64,000 nucleotides of DNA from Blastocatellia bacterium (GTDB lineage: Bacteria; Acidobacteriota; Blastocatellia; UBA7656). Positions within the stretch are counted from its first letter, which is position 1; the number at the start of each line of letters is the position of its first letter. Positions 42,604 to 53,002 of this stretch are shown piece after piece. The stretch covers positions 97,356 to 161,355 of the forward strand of contig DATLXU010000127.1 in NCBI GenBank assembly GCA_035575515.1, written 5' to 3'. The translations under genes and the position numbers were made by a program. The notes under the pieces were generated by a model. That model was not told where the DNA came from, searched no databases, and worked only from the letters and a program-made list of their open reading frames with translations.

Positions 42604-43528
42604 GCGCGAGGCTCACAGAGATTTGCGCTGCGACTTCGGCGTTGTTGATTAATAGCGCGCGATTGGTTTCGAGCGTTCGCCCTCCGCTCAACTCTTTCAA
42701 TTGAGTAAGCAGGAACGGCGTGAGGGCTTTGCCGCGAATCCCAAGCCGAGTGGCTTGGCGAAGCGATTCATCAACTGCGCGCTCCACTTCATCAATTGGT
42801 ATCTCGAACTCTTCAGGAACAGGAACGCACACCAGCACAGATGTCTGGCCGCCCATCCGCCAGTGGCACATAGCTATCTCGGCTGCTTCATCCGCGCTCT
42901 GCACGGTTGCATCAACACGCAGGCCGCACGTGCGAGAGTAAAACGCGGGAAACTCTTCCGTGCGATAGCCGATGACTGGTACGCCGAGCGTTTCAAGATA
43001 CTCCAAAGTCTTCGGCAAGTCGAGAATCGCTTTCGCGCCTGCGCAGACGCAAATCATCTGCGTCGCGGCAAGCGCCGTCAGGTCTGCCGACACATCGAAA
43101 GAATCAAATGCGCCCCTGTGCACGCCGCCGATCCCGCCTGTCGAAAAAACCTTTAATCCTGCGAGTGAGGCCAGCTTCAATGTTGCTGCAACCGTTGTGG
43201 CCCCGCTCGCATGCCGCGCCGTGACTGCGGCGAGGTTGTTGAGACCAACTTTTTCAATTGCGCTCCCGTCGCTGGCTCGCCCGGTTGCGAAGATTTTTAA
43301 TTCGTCTTCGTTTAAGCCGATTACCGCCGCGCCGTCAACGATGCCGATGGTTGCTGGCACGGCCCCAAGTCGCCGAACGGCCTCTTCGCACGCACGAGCG
43401 GTTTCCAAGTTTAGCGGCTGCGGCAAGCCGTGAGCGATGACGGTTGATTCGAGCGCGACGATTGCTTGAGCCTTATCCATAGCGCGGCGCATGCTGTCGG
43501 CTATGCGGATTTCGCTTTGCGCTGTCAT
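42575..43528 (-). CDS. psuG: Pseudouridine-5'-phosphate glycosidase
   Basis: IVALESTVIAHGLP...GIGGVHRGA...DVSADL signature of the PsuG/IndA family. Confidence 0.85.
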   Translation of the reverse strand: MTAQSEIRIADSMRRAMDKAQAIVALESTVIAHGLPQPLNLETARACEEAVRRLGAVPATIGIVDGAAVIGLNEDELKIFATGRASDGSAIEKVGLNNLAAVTARHASGATTVAATLKLASLAGLKVFSTGGIGGVHRGAFDSFDVSADLTALAATQMICVCAGAKAILDLPKTLEYLETLGVPVIGYRTEEFPAFYSRTCGLRVDATVQSADEAAEIAMCHWRMGGQTSVLVCVPVPEEFEIPIDEVERAVDESLRQATRLGIRGKALTPFLLTQLKELSGGRTLETNRALLINNAEVAAQISVSLAQKIFGPPKT

Positions 43529-43696
43529 AAGAGCAATTATGAACTATGAATGATGAATGATGAACCCTGATCGGTTTTTTCTTGTTCATCGCTAAATGGT
43601 CATACTGCTCCGCGAGGGTTTCATAGCGGGCGGGCTGACGGTTATACTTTTGCCTGCGGTGGGCGCAAGGAATCGTTCTTTATCACAAGGAGCGCA

Positions 43697-44989
43697 TTGA
43701 TGGCGGATGAGAAAGTGCTGGCAGTGATACTGGGCGGAGGCGCGGGGCAGCGCCTTTATCCTCTCACAAAGCAGCGGGCTAAACCTGCGGTGCCGCTCGG
43801 TGGCAAGTACAGGCTCATTGATATACCGGTTTCCAACTGCATCAACTCCGACATAGTTCGCATATTCATTCTCACGCAATACAATTCTGCTTCGCTCAAT
43901 CGCCACATCACGCGGACCTACCGCTTCACTCAATTTACGAACGGCTTCGTCGAGATACTTGCGGCGGAGATAACGCCTGAGCGGCCCGACTGGTTTCAGG
44001 GTACAGCCGACGCCGTGCGCCAGAGCTTCACGCACCTTGATGATTACAAGGGCGACCTGATACTCGTGCTATCGGGCGACCATCTCTATCGCATGGATTA
44101 TCGCGAGTTCATCGCGCGGCACGAAAACACTCGCGCGGATATTACCATCTCGGTCACGGCTGCGCGCACGGAAGATGCTTCGGGATTTGGATTGATGAAG
44201 ATTGACGACACGGGGCGCGTCGTTGAGTTCAGCGAAAAGCCGAAGGGCGAGGCGCTCGAAAAGATGCGCGTTGATACGACAAAGCTTGGACTATCGCCTG
44301 AGCAGGCAGAGCGGCGGCCCTTCCTGGCTTCGATGGGGATTTACGTTTTTCATAAAGAAGTGTTAAGGCGATTGCTTCAGGAAGAGATGCCGAATGCGGT
44401 TGATTTCGGCAAAGAGATCATCCCGCAGGCGCTTTCGCGTTACAACGTGCAGGCGCACCTGTTTGACGGTTACTGGGAAGACATCGGAACTATAGGCTCT
44501 TTCTATCGCGCGAATATGGAAATGACCTTGCCGCTGCCCCCGTTTAATTTCTTCGACGCGGAAGCCCCGATGTACACGCGCCCGCGATACCTGCCCGGCT
44601 CGAAGCTTCTGGATTGCCAGATACAAAGCTCGATCATCACCGAAGGGTGCATAATCAACGGCGCGACCGTCAAGGATTCCATAATTGGGATTCGCAGCCG
44701 CATAGAACATGGGTCGCGGCTCGAAGGCGTGTTGATGATGGGCGCGGATCTTTACCAGACGATAGACGAGATGCAGGCCGACATAGAGCGAGGCTACCCG
44801 CGCGTGGGCGTTGGAGCCAACACGTTCATCCGCCGTGCAATCATAGACAAGAACGCGCGTATAGGCTCAGGCGTGAGGATAGTAAACGAGCAAGGGATTC
44901 AAGAGCATGAAGGGGACGGCTATTTCATCCGCGACGGCATAGTCATCATTCCCAAGAACGGTGTGATAGCTGACGGAACCGTGATTTAG
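43697..44989 (+). CDS. glgC: Glucose-1-phosphate adenylyltransferase
   Basis: [45 protein letters not shown]-terminus; C-terminal left-handed beta-helix. Confidence 0.9.
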   Translation: MMADEKVLAVILGGGAGQRLYPLTKQRAKPAVPLGGKYRLIDIPVSNCINSDIVRIFILTQYNSASLNRHITRTYRFTQFTNGFVEILAAEITPERPDWFQGTADAVRQSFTHLDDYKGDLILVLSGDHLYRMDYREFIARHENTRADITISVTAARTEDASGFGLMKIDDTGRVVEFSEKPKGEALEKMRVDTTKLGLSPEQAERRPFLASMGIYVFHKEVLRRLLQEEMPNAVDFGKEIIPQALSRYNVQAHLFDGYWEDIGTIGSFYRANMEMTLPLPPFNFFDAEAPMYTRPRYLPGSKLLDCQIQSSIITEGCIINGATVKDSIIGIRSRIEHGSRLEGVLMMGADLYQTIDEMQADIERGYPRVGVGANTFIRRAIIDKNARIGSGVRIVNEQGIQEHEGDGYFIRDGIVIIPKNGVIADGTVI

Positions 44990-45082
44990 TGAGGCGTTGG
45001 CAGGGACCGCAAGAGTTTTGCAATTGCGCAAGCGGCGCAAGTCACGCTATCATTTCTTTTGCGCTTTTTGATGAATTTGTGT

Positions 45083-45157
45083 GGCGGCTATAGTTCAGTT
45101 GGTTAGAACGCCTGACTGTGGATCAGGAGGTCGTCGGTTCAAGTCCGACTAGCCGCC
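45083..45157 (+). tRNA. tRNA-His (anticodon GTG) with encoded G-1
   Basis: Hand-folded cloverleaf: G-1 opposite discriminator C, acceptor GCGGCTA/TAGCCGC, anticodon loop CTGTGGA, T-arm GTCGG-TTCAAGT-CCGAC. Confidence 0.8.
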
Positions 45158-45189
45158 CTTCATCGGCTCGATTATAATCAACCTTTTGC

Positions 45190-45263
45190 GGCGGGGTAGC
45201 TCAGTTGGTGAGAGCGTGGGATTCATAACCCCAAGGTCGGGAGTTCAAGTCTCCCCCCCGCTA
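45190..45263 (+). tRNA. tRNA with CAT anticodon (Met, or Ile2 if lysidine-modified)
   Basis: Acceptor GGCGGGG/CCCCGCT (G1-U72), D-arm GCTC-AGTTGGTGA-GAGC, anticodon loop TTCATAA, T-arm GGGAG-TTCAAGT-CTCCC. Confidence 0.75.
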
Positions 45264-45358
45264 TTAATATCTTACTTTACAAAGCGGCAGAGTCAGTACA
45301 ATGACCTGCCTTTTTCTTTATTGTTCCAGCTTCGAATCCTTATGACGGGAGAGAAACT

Positions 45359-46030
45359 TTGAAGTCCACGCGATACAGTTGCACAATCGCTCTTTTAGTC
45401 GCGCTTTCGCTTTCGCCCGCCTTTAGCTTCCCGCAGGATCAGCCTCCGAAAGAGACAGGGCAGTTTCGCAAGCCTGAGCTTGTCGAATTGAAGAAGCTCG
45501 ACCCGACCATCAGATTAGATATTCGATATGCGACTTCAAATAATTTCTTGGGTCGGCCTGTTTATACAGAAGCACGCGCGTTCCTTCAACGCCCGGCGGC
45601 GAAAGCTCTAGCGCGAGTGAACAAAGCGCTGCGGAAGAAAGGCTACGGGATCGTCGTCTTCGATGGCTATCGCCCGTGGTCGGTGACGAAGATATTCTGG
45701 GACGCGACGCCCGAAGACAAGAAGCAATTCGTGGCCGACCCCGCGCAAGGCTCGCGCCACAATCGCGGCTGCGCGGTCGACCTCTCAATTTTCGAGTTGA
45801 AAACCGGCAAGCTGGTCGAAATGCCGTCAGGCTATGACGAGATGACCGAACGCTCACATATCAACTATACAGGCGGGACGGATGAGCAACGACGCTTGCG
45901 CGACATGCTGCGCGCGGCGATGGAAGCCGAGGGCTTTGCGGTTTACGAGCCTGAGTGGTGGCATTACGATTATAAAGACTGGCGCGAGTATCCGATTCTC
46001 AATATCCCATTCTCGGCCATTAAGAATTAA
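45359..46030 (+). CDS. D-alanyl-D-alanine dipeptidase (M15/VanX family), secreted
   Basis: Signal peptide; SRHNRGCAVDLS and EWWHYD zinc-ligand motifs of the VanX/DdpX family. Confidence 0.8.
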   Translation: MKSTRYSCTIALLVALSLSPAFSFPQDQPPKETGQFRKPELVELKKLDPTIRLDIRYATSNNFLGRPVYTEARAFLQRPAAKALARVNKALRKKGYGIVVFDGYRPWSVTKIFWDATPEDKKQFVADPAQGSRHNRGCAVDLSIFELKTGKLVEMPSGYDEMTERSHINYTGGTDEQRRLRDMLRAAMEAEGFAVYEPEWWHYDYKDWREYPILNIPFSAIKN

Positions 46031-46099
46031 TCCACGAATTCACTCAAAGAATCACTAATGAGACCTTGAAAAAATTCGCGCAGATTCGCGGATCGCTCT

Positions 46100-47461
46100 C
46101 TATTTCAGCTTAAAGCTCTCAAGCATTCGCCGGAAGGTCGGCTCGTACTGGCGAAACTCGCGGTCGGGCGCAATGAACAGAATGTAGACGACGCTCTGGC
46201 CGACGGGTTGCGCCACAACCCACACGCGCTCTTTATATCCTTGAGCCGTCCTGCCTGTAAGATAAGTCGCCATCGCCTGTTCCCCGTCAAGTTCCGTTTC
46301 GCGACGCTCGCTTCTTTCTTCGCGCAGGTAAGTATTCACCTGTAAGAGTTGCGCAATGATAGCGTCGAGGGCCTGACCCGTCGACATCGAGCGGCGCGGG
46401 CCGGCCTCGAGGTGACCGATTATAGCGCCGTGCGTCACGTCGTTTCCGTCAACGGCCCAATCGGGCGCAAACGTCACGGTCGCGCCTTCATCATTCACTT
46501 CCCAATTAGATGGATAGCCTACGCGAACGCCGCCGTCCGGCGAACGATAAGTCTGAAAATCGTGGCTCGGCGCTTCGCCCGTCTGCGAGCTTGTGCGCGC
46601 CGACGCGCGGCGCGGCGAAACGTTTGGCGCAGGAACCATCGAGCGCAAACGGCTCTTGGCCTGCAAGTAAAGATTCGAGTTTCCAATCGGATTGCGCGGC
46701 ACCTGAACCAAGCTTATCTCTTGCTGGATTCGCTTGATGCGGTTTTCAGGATTCGGATGATCGGATAAAAACTGCGGGCCGTTCCCGCCTTCGCGCTGGA
46801 GCTTCTCGAATATTGTCGTCATCCCGCGCGGGTCGTAGCCGGCGCGAGTCATCGTTTGCACACCGAGAATGTCTGCGTTCTGTTCCGCGCTGCGGCTGAA
46901 CTTCAAAAACGCCAGCGACATCCCGACCAGACCGATTTTGCCGATGACACCGGCTGTGCCCTTCATCTGGCCAAGTACCGCGAGCGGCAGTTGCAGCAAC
47001 AACGCTTTGGTCAACTGATTCGTCCCGTGCCTGAGCGTTACGTGCGCCATCTCGTGCCCCAACACTCCGGCAAGCTCGCTTTCGTCGTTCGTTATTTCAA
47101 TCAGGCCGCGATTGACATAGACGAATCCGCCGGGCAGCGCAAACGCGTTTATCTCGCGCGAGTTCGTGACATGAAATTGCCAGGGCAGATTCGGCATCGA
47201 GGTCTTTGATGAAAGCCTGTGACCGAGTTCATCAATCCACCCCTGCACAATGGGGTCGCGCACGAGCGGCATCTGCTTTTCGACTTCTCTGGACGCCTCG
47301 CGGCCAAACTCAACGTCGTCTTTTATCGAAAAGAAATTCCATCCGGGTTTTACTCTGGTCTGAGCGATGGAGGCGACTGGCAAAAACATTATCACGACAA
47401 GCGCGAGCGCGCTCAGGTAAGCTACAGGCTTTCTGATGTTATTCATGAGAATACTCCTCAA
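46100..47461 (-). CDS. M48-family zinc metalloprotease with a C-terminal extension
   Basis: Signal peptide; HEMAH motif (GVLGHEMAHVTLRHG). Confidence 0.8.
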   Translation of the reverse strand: MRSILMNNIRKPVAYLSALALVVIMFLPVASIAQTRVKPGWNFFSIKDDVEFGREASREVEKQMPLVRDPIVQGWIDELGHRLSSKTSMPNLPWQFHVTNSREINAFALPGGFVYVNRGLIEITNDESELAGVLGHEMAHVTLRHGTNQLTKALLLQLPLAVLGQMKGTAGVIGKIGLVGMSLAFLKFSRSAEQNADILGVQTMTRAGYDPRGMTTIFEKLQREGGNGPQFLSDHPNPENRIKRIQQEISLVQVPRNPIGNSNLYLQAKSRLRSMVPAPNVSPRRASARTSSQTGEAPSHDFQTYRSPDGGVRVGYPSNWEVNDEGATVTFAPDWAVDGNDVTHGAIIGHLEAGPRRSMSTGQALDAIIAQLLQVNTYLREERSERRETELDGEQAMATYLTGRTAQGYKERVWVVAQPVGQSVVYILFIAPDREFRQYEPTFRRMLESFKLK

Positions 47462-47725
47462 AGATCACCCGTGTCGGGCGAACGCCATAAAGACGCAATC
47501 GCGGCGCAAGCGGGTTGCCTGTGGAATGATTAATTCACAGGCTGTGTTCGCAACTGCGGCCAGACGGATTAGAATCGCAATTCAACAGAAAGTCAACATT
47601 GCGGCTGCGCTTGAAACCATCTGCCTGATTCAAACGTAAAAAGTTTGGGATTTGCCTCATCGCTTTCAGGTCATTATCCTATTGAACGTTGCCTGCGACG
47701 ACGCTCAGGTTGAAATGGAGGATTT

Positions 47726-48280
47726 ATGCCCGCATCAAAAAAGATTCAAGAGATTGTTGACGCGATTTCAAATCATCGCCGCGCCGTGCTCGATGCAATT
47801 TCAGGTTTGAGCGAAACTCAACTGGGCTACAAGCCTTCCGACAGCAACTGGTCAATCACGGATGTTCTTCATCACCTTGCTTTGACCGAAGAGGCAAATC
47901 TAAAACTGGCATCGCGCATGCTCAAGCAGGCTCAGGCTCTGAATCTTCCGCCCGACCCGACGCCCGACGGTTCTGAAATCAATTGCCTTGAGCCGTTCGC
48001 GGAAAAGCTCGGCAGCACAAGGGCGCAAGCGCCCGATTTTGTCGCGCCTCAATCTCACCTGCCCGTCGAGGAGTCGCTTGCGCGGCTTGAGGCGTCGCGC
48101 CAGAGGTTTTTAGAAGTTATAGAAGGGTTGGGCCAGTATGACCTGAGCCTTTTGAAATACCCGCACCCGATTCTCGGAGAGTTAAATATGTACCAGTGGC
48201 TCGTGATCGCAGGCGGACACGAGCGAAGACATGCCGCGCAGATTGAGCGAATGAAAGCTCAGTTTGATTTCCCGAAGTAA
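47726..48280 (+). CDS. DinB/YfiT-like (DinB_2) superfamily protein
   Basis: Four-helix-bundle metal-binding family features (HH..L.E, HERRH). Confidence 0.6.
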   Translation: MPASKKIQEIVDAISNHRRAVLDAISGLSETQLGYKPSDSNWSITDVLHHLALTEEANLKLASRMLKQAQALNLPPDPTPDGSEINCLEPFAEKLGSTRAQAPDFVAPQSHLPVEESLARLEASRQRFLEVIEGLGQYDLSLLKYPHPILGELNMYQWLVIAGGHERRHAAQIERMKAQFDFPK

Positions 48281-48386
48281 GATGACCGGAACTCTGCTCG
48301 TTGAATCTCGAAGGCCGATTAACCGCGCCCGCTCGTTTCGAGCGCGGCCACGACATAGTTACTGAATGAAAACCAGGAGGTGTTAA

Positions 48387-48884
48387 ATGGGACTGAATGA
48401 AATAATCATCGGAGAACTGAAGCATGAAGCAAATACAACAAGAAAACTGCTTGAGCGTGTGCCGGAACCGGCTCTCGGCTGGAAGCCGCACGAGAAATCA
48501 ATGTCGTTGGGAAGGCTCGCAGGCCACGTCGCAGAGCTTCCCGGATTGATCGTTCCAATAGTCAACCAGGATGAACTTGATTTCGCTTCGGGCGATTACA
48601 AGCCATTCACACCGACCAGCAGATTCGAGTTGTTGGAGGTGTTCGACAAAGCTCTCTCAATGGCCGTTGATGCATTGCAAACGGCGACCGACGAACAGCT
48701 ACAAAAAACTTGGCGGCTGAGAAGCGGTGATAAAGTTTTCGGCGAGTTGCCACGAATAGCGATGATTCGCGGGCTGGTGCTGAACCACATTATTCACCAT
48801 CGCGGGCAGCTTTCGGTTTACCTGCGCTTGCAGGACGTGCCGCTGCCTTCTATCTACGGCCCTTCGGCTGACGAGCCGATGTAA
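48387..48884 (+). CDS. DinB/YfiT-like (DinB_2) superfamily protein, tandem paralog
   Basis: [10 protein letters not shown]...[14 protein letters not shown] features. Confidence 0.6.
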   Translation: MGLNEIIIGELKHEANTTRKLLERVPEPALGWKPHEKSMSLGRLAGHVAELPGLIVPIVNQDELDFASGDYKPFTPTSRFELLEVFDKALSMAVDALQTATDEQLQKTWRLRSGDKVFGELPRIAMIRGLVLNHIIHHRGQLSVYLRLQDVPLPSIYGPSADEPM

Positions 48885-50273
48885 TGGCAGTAATCTAACG
48901 ATTTTCGGATGAGTGACCGCGATTGCGGCAACATTCGATTCGCAATAAAATGGCGAGCCGCGTTCGAGCGCCTCGCCATTCTGTTTTTGAGAGAGCGGCG
49001 CTGCTTGAAGATTCTGACGGTCTAGCGTGAAGCCGACGAAACCTATCATCATCTCTTCCCAAGTCTGCTGGCCCCATCGAACTGTCTTCGTAGGATCAGG
49101 ATTCCACTTGTTCTTTGCAGAATTGTCAAAGTGCGCGAGGCATTCGAGCCGACTGCCCTTCGGAGCCGCAATCGGCTCTTTCAGTTCATAACGAGTTTGC
49201 CAGTTGAAATCATATCGCGGCACTTTCAAGATGATTTTCGATGTGCCGTCGGGATAAACGAGGCGGTACTCGAAATCTTTTCCGCGAAGGTGCATATGCG
49301 GCATCAACGAAAAGATGTGCGCGTCTTCTTTGAACGTATAGCTTGAGCGCGCTTCGTAGTTTTCATCTCCCGGCGGAATTGCGAACCAGCGATTGATAGC
49401 CGCGCCGCCGCGCGCTTCTTTCGCGACGGGCTTGCGGCTGAAAATAATCCCTATCGAAGTGCGGTCTTTTTGCGGCGTTCCGTTCGGCGTGTAGTGCATT
49501 TGAAGCACAAGCATCGAGCCTGCTTTGATGAGCCTCCCTACGCCGTCCGGCAAAATCACAGGCTCCTCTCCGGGAGCCGTGCCTACGAGAGCATCAATTC
49601 CGCCCTCGTTTGAAAAGACGCGCGGCCTTCCTTTGAATGCGTCAGGGCTTACGACAAAGACGATGACGTGATGAACGACTGCCGAGTTGCCGGGTCGCAC
49701 CTCTGCGGCTTGCACCCAGCGGTCTTCGGTGAAGTTCGTCGGCACGAAGAAGTATTGATAGCGCACCGTGCCTTCAGCGGGAACCGAGTACTCCTGCGCC
49801 ATGCTCAACACGACGTCGGGCTTGCCTATACGCCAGCCTTCGGTGAATTGCGGCGCTGGCGGCAAGTCTTTCGGGTTGCCTTCTTTTGCGCCCGCGTCAA
49901 CCCACGCGACTATCGTGTCAATCTCTGTCTTTGTGAGGCGGCGGTCATTTTTGAAATTGCCATAGCGCGGGTCGGCGTGCCATGGAGGCATCACTCCGTC
50001 GAGGACTTTTTCGCGGATTGACTTGGCCCATGGGCGCGCGTCCTTGTAAGTCATAAGCGACATCGGCGCGATGCTGCCCGCGCGGTGGCACTCGACGCAG
50101 TGCTTATAAAATATCGGCGCAACGTCTTTCGTGAAAGTGACGGGCGATTTTGAAGCCCCAGTGCTGCTTCCCGAAACGCCAAGCGCGGTAAACGCGAAAA
50201 CAACCGCCGCGCCTATCGTTAATCGAAGAGCGCTTTTCATGGACTCGCCTCCTTTTCGCTTTATCGCATTCAT
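48699..50273 (-). CDS. Cytochrome c::PHM/DBH-like copper monooxygenase fusion (paralog 2); probable start at 50240; the 3' end likely aberrant, since the ORF reads through the terminator into the antisense DinB gene
   Basis: CVECHRAG...MPPW heme module; HHVIVFV, HYTPNG, PHMHLRG, TWEEMM ligand pattern collinear with paralog 1; the last ~100 codons have no counterpart in paralog 1. Confidence 0.6.
   Translation of the reverse strand: MNAIKRKGGESMKSALRLTIGAAVVFAFTALGVSGSSTGASKSPVTFTKDVAPIFYKHCVECHRAGSIAPMSLMTYKDARPWAKSIREKVLDGVMPPWHADPRYGNFKNDRRLTKTEIDTIVAWVDAGAKEGNPKDLPPAPQFTEGWRIGKPDVVLSMAQEYSVPAEGTVRYQYFFVPTNFTEDRWVQAAEVRPGNSAVVHHVIVFVVSPDAFKGRPRVFSNEGGIDALVGTAPGEEPVILPDGVGRLIKAGSMLVLQMHYTPNGTPQKDRTSIGIIFSRKPVAKEARGGAAINRWFAIPPGDENYEARSSYTFKEDAHIFSLMPHMHLRGKDFEYRLVYPDGTSKIILKVPRYDFNWQTRYELKEPIAAPKGSRLECLAHFDNSAKNKWNPDPTKTVRWGQQTWEEMMIGFVGFTLDRQNLQAAPLSQKQNGEALERGSPFYCESNVAAIAVTHPKIVRLLPLHRLVSRRAVDRRQRHVLQAQVNRKLPAMVNNVVQHQPANHRYSWQLAENFITASQPPSFL
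48948..48995. terminator. Bidirectional Rho-independent terminator
   Basis: aaaatggcgag-ccgcgttcgagcgc-ctcgccatt followed by ctgttttt; A-run on the opposite side. Confidence 0.65.
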
Positions 50274-50382
50274 TAAGACTACGGCTTTAGCCTGCGAGTT
50301 TCAATTTTCTTCGAGGCGTCGTAGGCTTTGAGGCTCGCAGCCGCGCTCTTTTCATGTGATACAATTCAAGCGCAACGAAACG

Positions 50383-50811
50383 ATGAGCATTCAAGCGAGC
50401 GAAAAGATTATTCATATAACCCAAGCCGTGCGGCGCGCGATTGAAGAGCACGCGCTTAGGTCGCGCCCGGCGGAATGCTGCGGCCTGCTCAGCGGGCGAA
50501 ACGGCACGGTCACAGATATTCACCCGCTGCGCAACTGCGCTGATAATCCTGAGACGAGATACTTCGCTTCGCCCGAAGATTTGTTTGCCGCGATGCGGCG
50601 CATACGCGAGTCGAACCAGATGCTTTTGGGAATCTATCATTCGCATCCGCGCACGGCACCTTATCCATCGGCGTCAGACATCGGTATGGCTTTCTACCCG
50701 GAAGCCGTCTACTTTATCATATCGCTTGAGCCGCAAATTGAACTGCGAGCTTTCAAAATCGAAAGCTCGCGCGTGGAAGATGTACAGGTGTCCGTGGTCC
50801 GAAGTCCGTAG
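50383..50811 (+). CDS. JAMM/MPN+ metalloprotease (Mec+/QbsD-like)
   Basis: E...HSHPRTAPYPSASD JAMM zinc motif; ~140 aa single-domain form. Confidence 0.75.
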   Translation: MSIQASEKIIHITQAVRRAIEEHALRSRPAECCGLLSGRNGTVTDIHPLRNCADNPETRYFASPEDLFAAMRRIRESNQMLLGIYHSHPRTAPYPSASDIGMAFYPEAVYFIISLEPQIELRAFKIESSRVEDVQVSVVRSP

Positions 50812-50885
50812 TCCGGTGTCTGCGAAACAGCGAGCGAAACAGATGGCTTCGAACATCGGACTACGAGCTTCTATCTAAAATTGTC

Positions 50886-51584
50886 ATGTCAACTGCGAAT
50901 AGAATAAATATCACAGCATTGCTATTCGGCCAGGCGCGCGAGATGATCGGAGCCGAATCGGTCGCGCTTGAGCTTGATGAGCCTGCAACGGTTGAAAGCG
51001 CGTTCGCTGCGCTCAAATCGAATCATCCGAAACTGGCTGAGATGGAACGCAGCCTGCTTTTCGCCATCAACGAAGAGTACGCGACGCGCGCAAGCCGATT
51101 GAAAGAGAACGACCGGTTGGCGATACTTCCGCCCGTAAGCGGCGGCGAGGAAGAAGATGTTTTCGAGATCACGCGCGAGCCGATAGACATCGCGGGGCTG
51201 AGAGCGCGAGTGCTTACGCCTGATTCGGGCGCGGTAGTCATCTTCGATGGAGTCGCGCGCAATAACACGAAAGGCCGTCGCACGCTTTATCTGGAATACG
51301 AAGGCTACACGGAGATGGCCATCAAGATGCTCCGGCAGATTGGCCGCGAGGCGCGCGAGCAGTGGCCGATAAATCGAATAGGGATCATTCACCGGCTTGG
51401 CCGCATAGAGATTAGCGAATCGAGCGTCGTCATCGTCGTTGCGTCGGCTCACCGCCGCGTCGCATTTGAAGCGTGCCGATACGCGATTGACCGTTTGAAG
51501 AAGATAGTTCCGATCTGGAAGAAAGAATATTTTGAAGACGGCGCGATTTGGGTCGAAGGCGAAGGCGCTCCGCCTCAGTGTTAA
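50886..51584 (+). CDS. moaDE: MoaD-MoaE fusion (molybdopterin synthase sulfur-carrier fused to the catalytic subunit) with an internal Gly-Gly processing site
   Basis: N-terminal ~85 aa ubiquitin-like MoaD ending PPVSGG, then an acidic linker and a MoaE domain (AVVIFDGVARN...LEYEGY...IVPIWKKE). Confidence 0.75.
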   Translation: MSTANRINITALLFGQAREMIGAESVALELDEPATVESAFAALKSNHPKLAEMERSLLFAINEEYATRASRLKENDRLAILPPVSGGEEEDVFEITREPIDIAGLRARVLTPDSGAVVIFDGVARNNTKGRRTLYLEYEGYTEMAIKMLRQIGREAREQWPINRIGIIHRLGRIEISESSVVIVVASAHRRVAFEACRYAIDRLKKIVPIWKKEYFEDGAIWVEGEGAPPQC

Positions 51585-51652
51585 ATCAATTCGTCAGACT
51601 GCAAAGCGACTTGATGTGAGAAAGTTGTCTACTCCTTTAATCAGGGAGAGGC

Positions 51653-52084
51653 TCATTCAAAAATCGCTGGCGGCGCTTTGTACTTTTTATCCCAACCGAT
51701 GTAAGGCACATCTGTTGCGCCTATGACGAACGCAACGACCTGCCACTTGCTGCCCTGCTTGCGAAGCAGAGCGCAAATCCCATCATCAAACGCGCCCTGT
51801 TTTATTGCCGTTTCGTATTCCGTGCCGCGATAATCCATAGCCCTGCCGTTTGGCTGTTGAGGCACGCCCAGCATGAATGCCCATCCGTTTTGAACTTTCA
51901 GGTGATCAACTTTAAAGACCGTCGGTTTGAAAAGTTTGCGTTCAACTGGAACGCGCAGAGCGTCCATTATCGCTTTGCGTTCGGCGCTTCCGTGTTTGGG
52001 CGCGTAAGGCTCGCTTTGCGCTCGCGCCGCTGTGCTGAATGAAAGGATTATGAGGAGCAGAGCGAAGTATTTCGGTCGCGACAT
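51653..52084 (-). CDS. Hypothetical secreted protein
   Basis: Signal peptide MSRPKYFALLLIILSFSTAARAQ; no family recognised. Confidence 0.45.
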   Translation of the reverse strand: MSRPKYFALLLIILSFSTAARAQSEPYAPKHGSAERKAIMDALRVPVERKLFKPTVFKVDHLKVQNGWAFMLGVPQQPNGRAMDYRGTEYETAIKQGAFDDGICALLRKQGSKWQVVAFVIGATDVPYIGWDKKYKAPPAIFE

Positions 52085-52171
52085 GATTAGCGTCTCCGTT
52101 TTGTGACGTCGTTTCAGTTTTGGAGAAGTCACTGCTTTATCGAACCGTTCGAAAGCGCTGATGAGTCCGCG

Positions 52172-52927
52172 CTACAGCGGCCTGATCCATATATTTCGGT
52201 AGCGTACATGGTTGCCATGATCTTGCAACTTCAGCGATGCGGGTCCGTGCGCGATATAAAGCGCCGCCCTGTCGTGCCACGTATTGCCGTATATCTCGAC
52301 GTTGTTTTGAATCAGCACTCCATTATGCAACACGGTCACTCGCGCTCGCTCTGTAACCTTGCCCTGCTCGTCAAACTTCGGAGCCTTGAAGATAATGTCG
52401 TAAGTCTGCCACTCGCCGGGCTTGCGGCTGGCGTTTACGAGCGGCGCGTATTGATTGTAGATCGCTCCGGCCTGCCCGTGATAATAAGTTTTGTTGTTGT
52501 AGGAATCGAGCACCTGCACTTCGTATCGTTCCATCAGAAAGACGCCGCTGTTGCCGCGCTCCTGCCCTTCGCCTTTGACTTCAGCGGGCGTTGCCCATTC
52601 AATGTGAAGCTGGCAATCGCCGAATTCTTCTTTCGTTGCGATATCGCCCGTGCCCGGCACGACTTCCACATAGCCGTCTGCGACTTTCCATTTAGCCGGG
52701 CCGCTGCCGTTCGCGCTGCGCCAGCGTGATAAATCTTTGCCGTCGAATAAGACTATCGCGTCCGACGGCGGGTCGCTGTTCGTTTTGCCCGGAGTGACAA
52801 TGGGCGGCTCGCGTTTTGGCGGAGGGAACGGTCCCGGATCCTGCGTGGTCTGACTTGAAGCGATTACTTTGAGAGTTGAAATGACAACAATCGTAGTTAA
52901 GCTCAAAAGCGTCCAGAGTCGTTTCAT
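52172..52927 (-). CDS. Secreted DUF1080-family (3-keto-disaccharide hydrolase-like, concanavalin-fold) protein
   Basis: Signal peptide; LFDGKDLS.W...W.V.DG...[15 protein letters not shown]...[15 protein letters not shown] pattern typical of DUF1080. Confidence 0.6.
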   Translation of the reverse strand: MKRLWTLLSLTTIVVISTLKVIASSQTTQDPGPFPPPKREPPIVTPGKTNSDPPSDAIVLFDGKDLSRWRSANGSGPAKWKVADGYVEVVPGTGDIATKEEFGDCQLHIEWATPAEVKGEGQERGNSGVFLMERYEVQVLDSYNNKTYYHGQAGAIYNQYAPLVNASRKPGEWQTYDIIFKAPKFDEQGKVTERARVTVLHNGVLIQNNVEIYGNTWHDRAALYIAHGPASLKLQDHGNHVRYRNIWIRPL

Positions 52928-53002
52928 AGAATCAATTTCTCCGCGAGTAGTGTACTACCAATAGGTTTGATCCAAAACCGCTTCGCGTAACAGCGCAGTC
53001 TG

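Noticed and set aside
44995-45080. Hairpin-like sequence after glgC as a terminator
   Set aside because: The stems are short and imperfect, and no convincing stem plus U-run was found. It is left unannotated.
52103-52729. 208-aa plus-strand ORF overlapping the DUF1080 gene
   Set aside because: The minus-strand frame carries the DUF1080 signal peptide and conserved motifs. The plus-strand product has no features.
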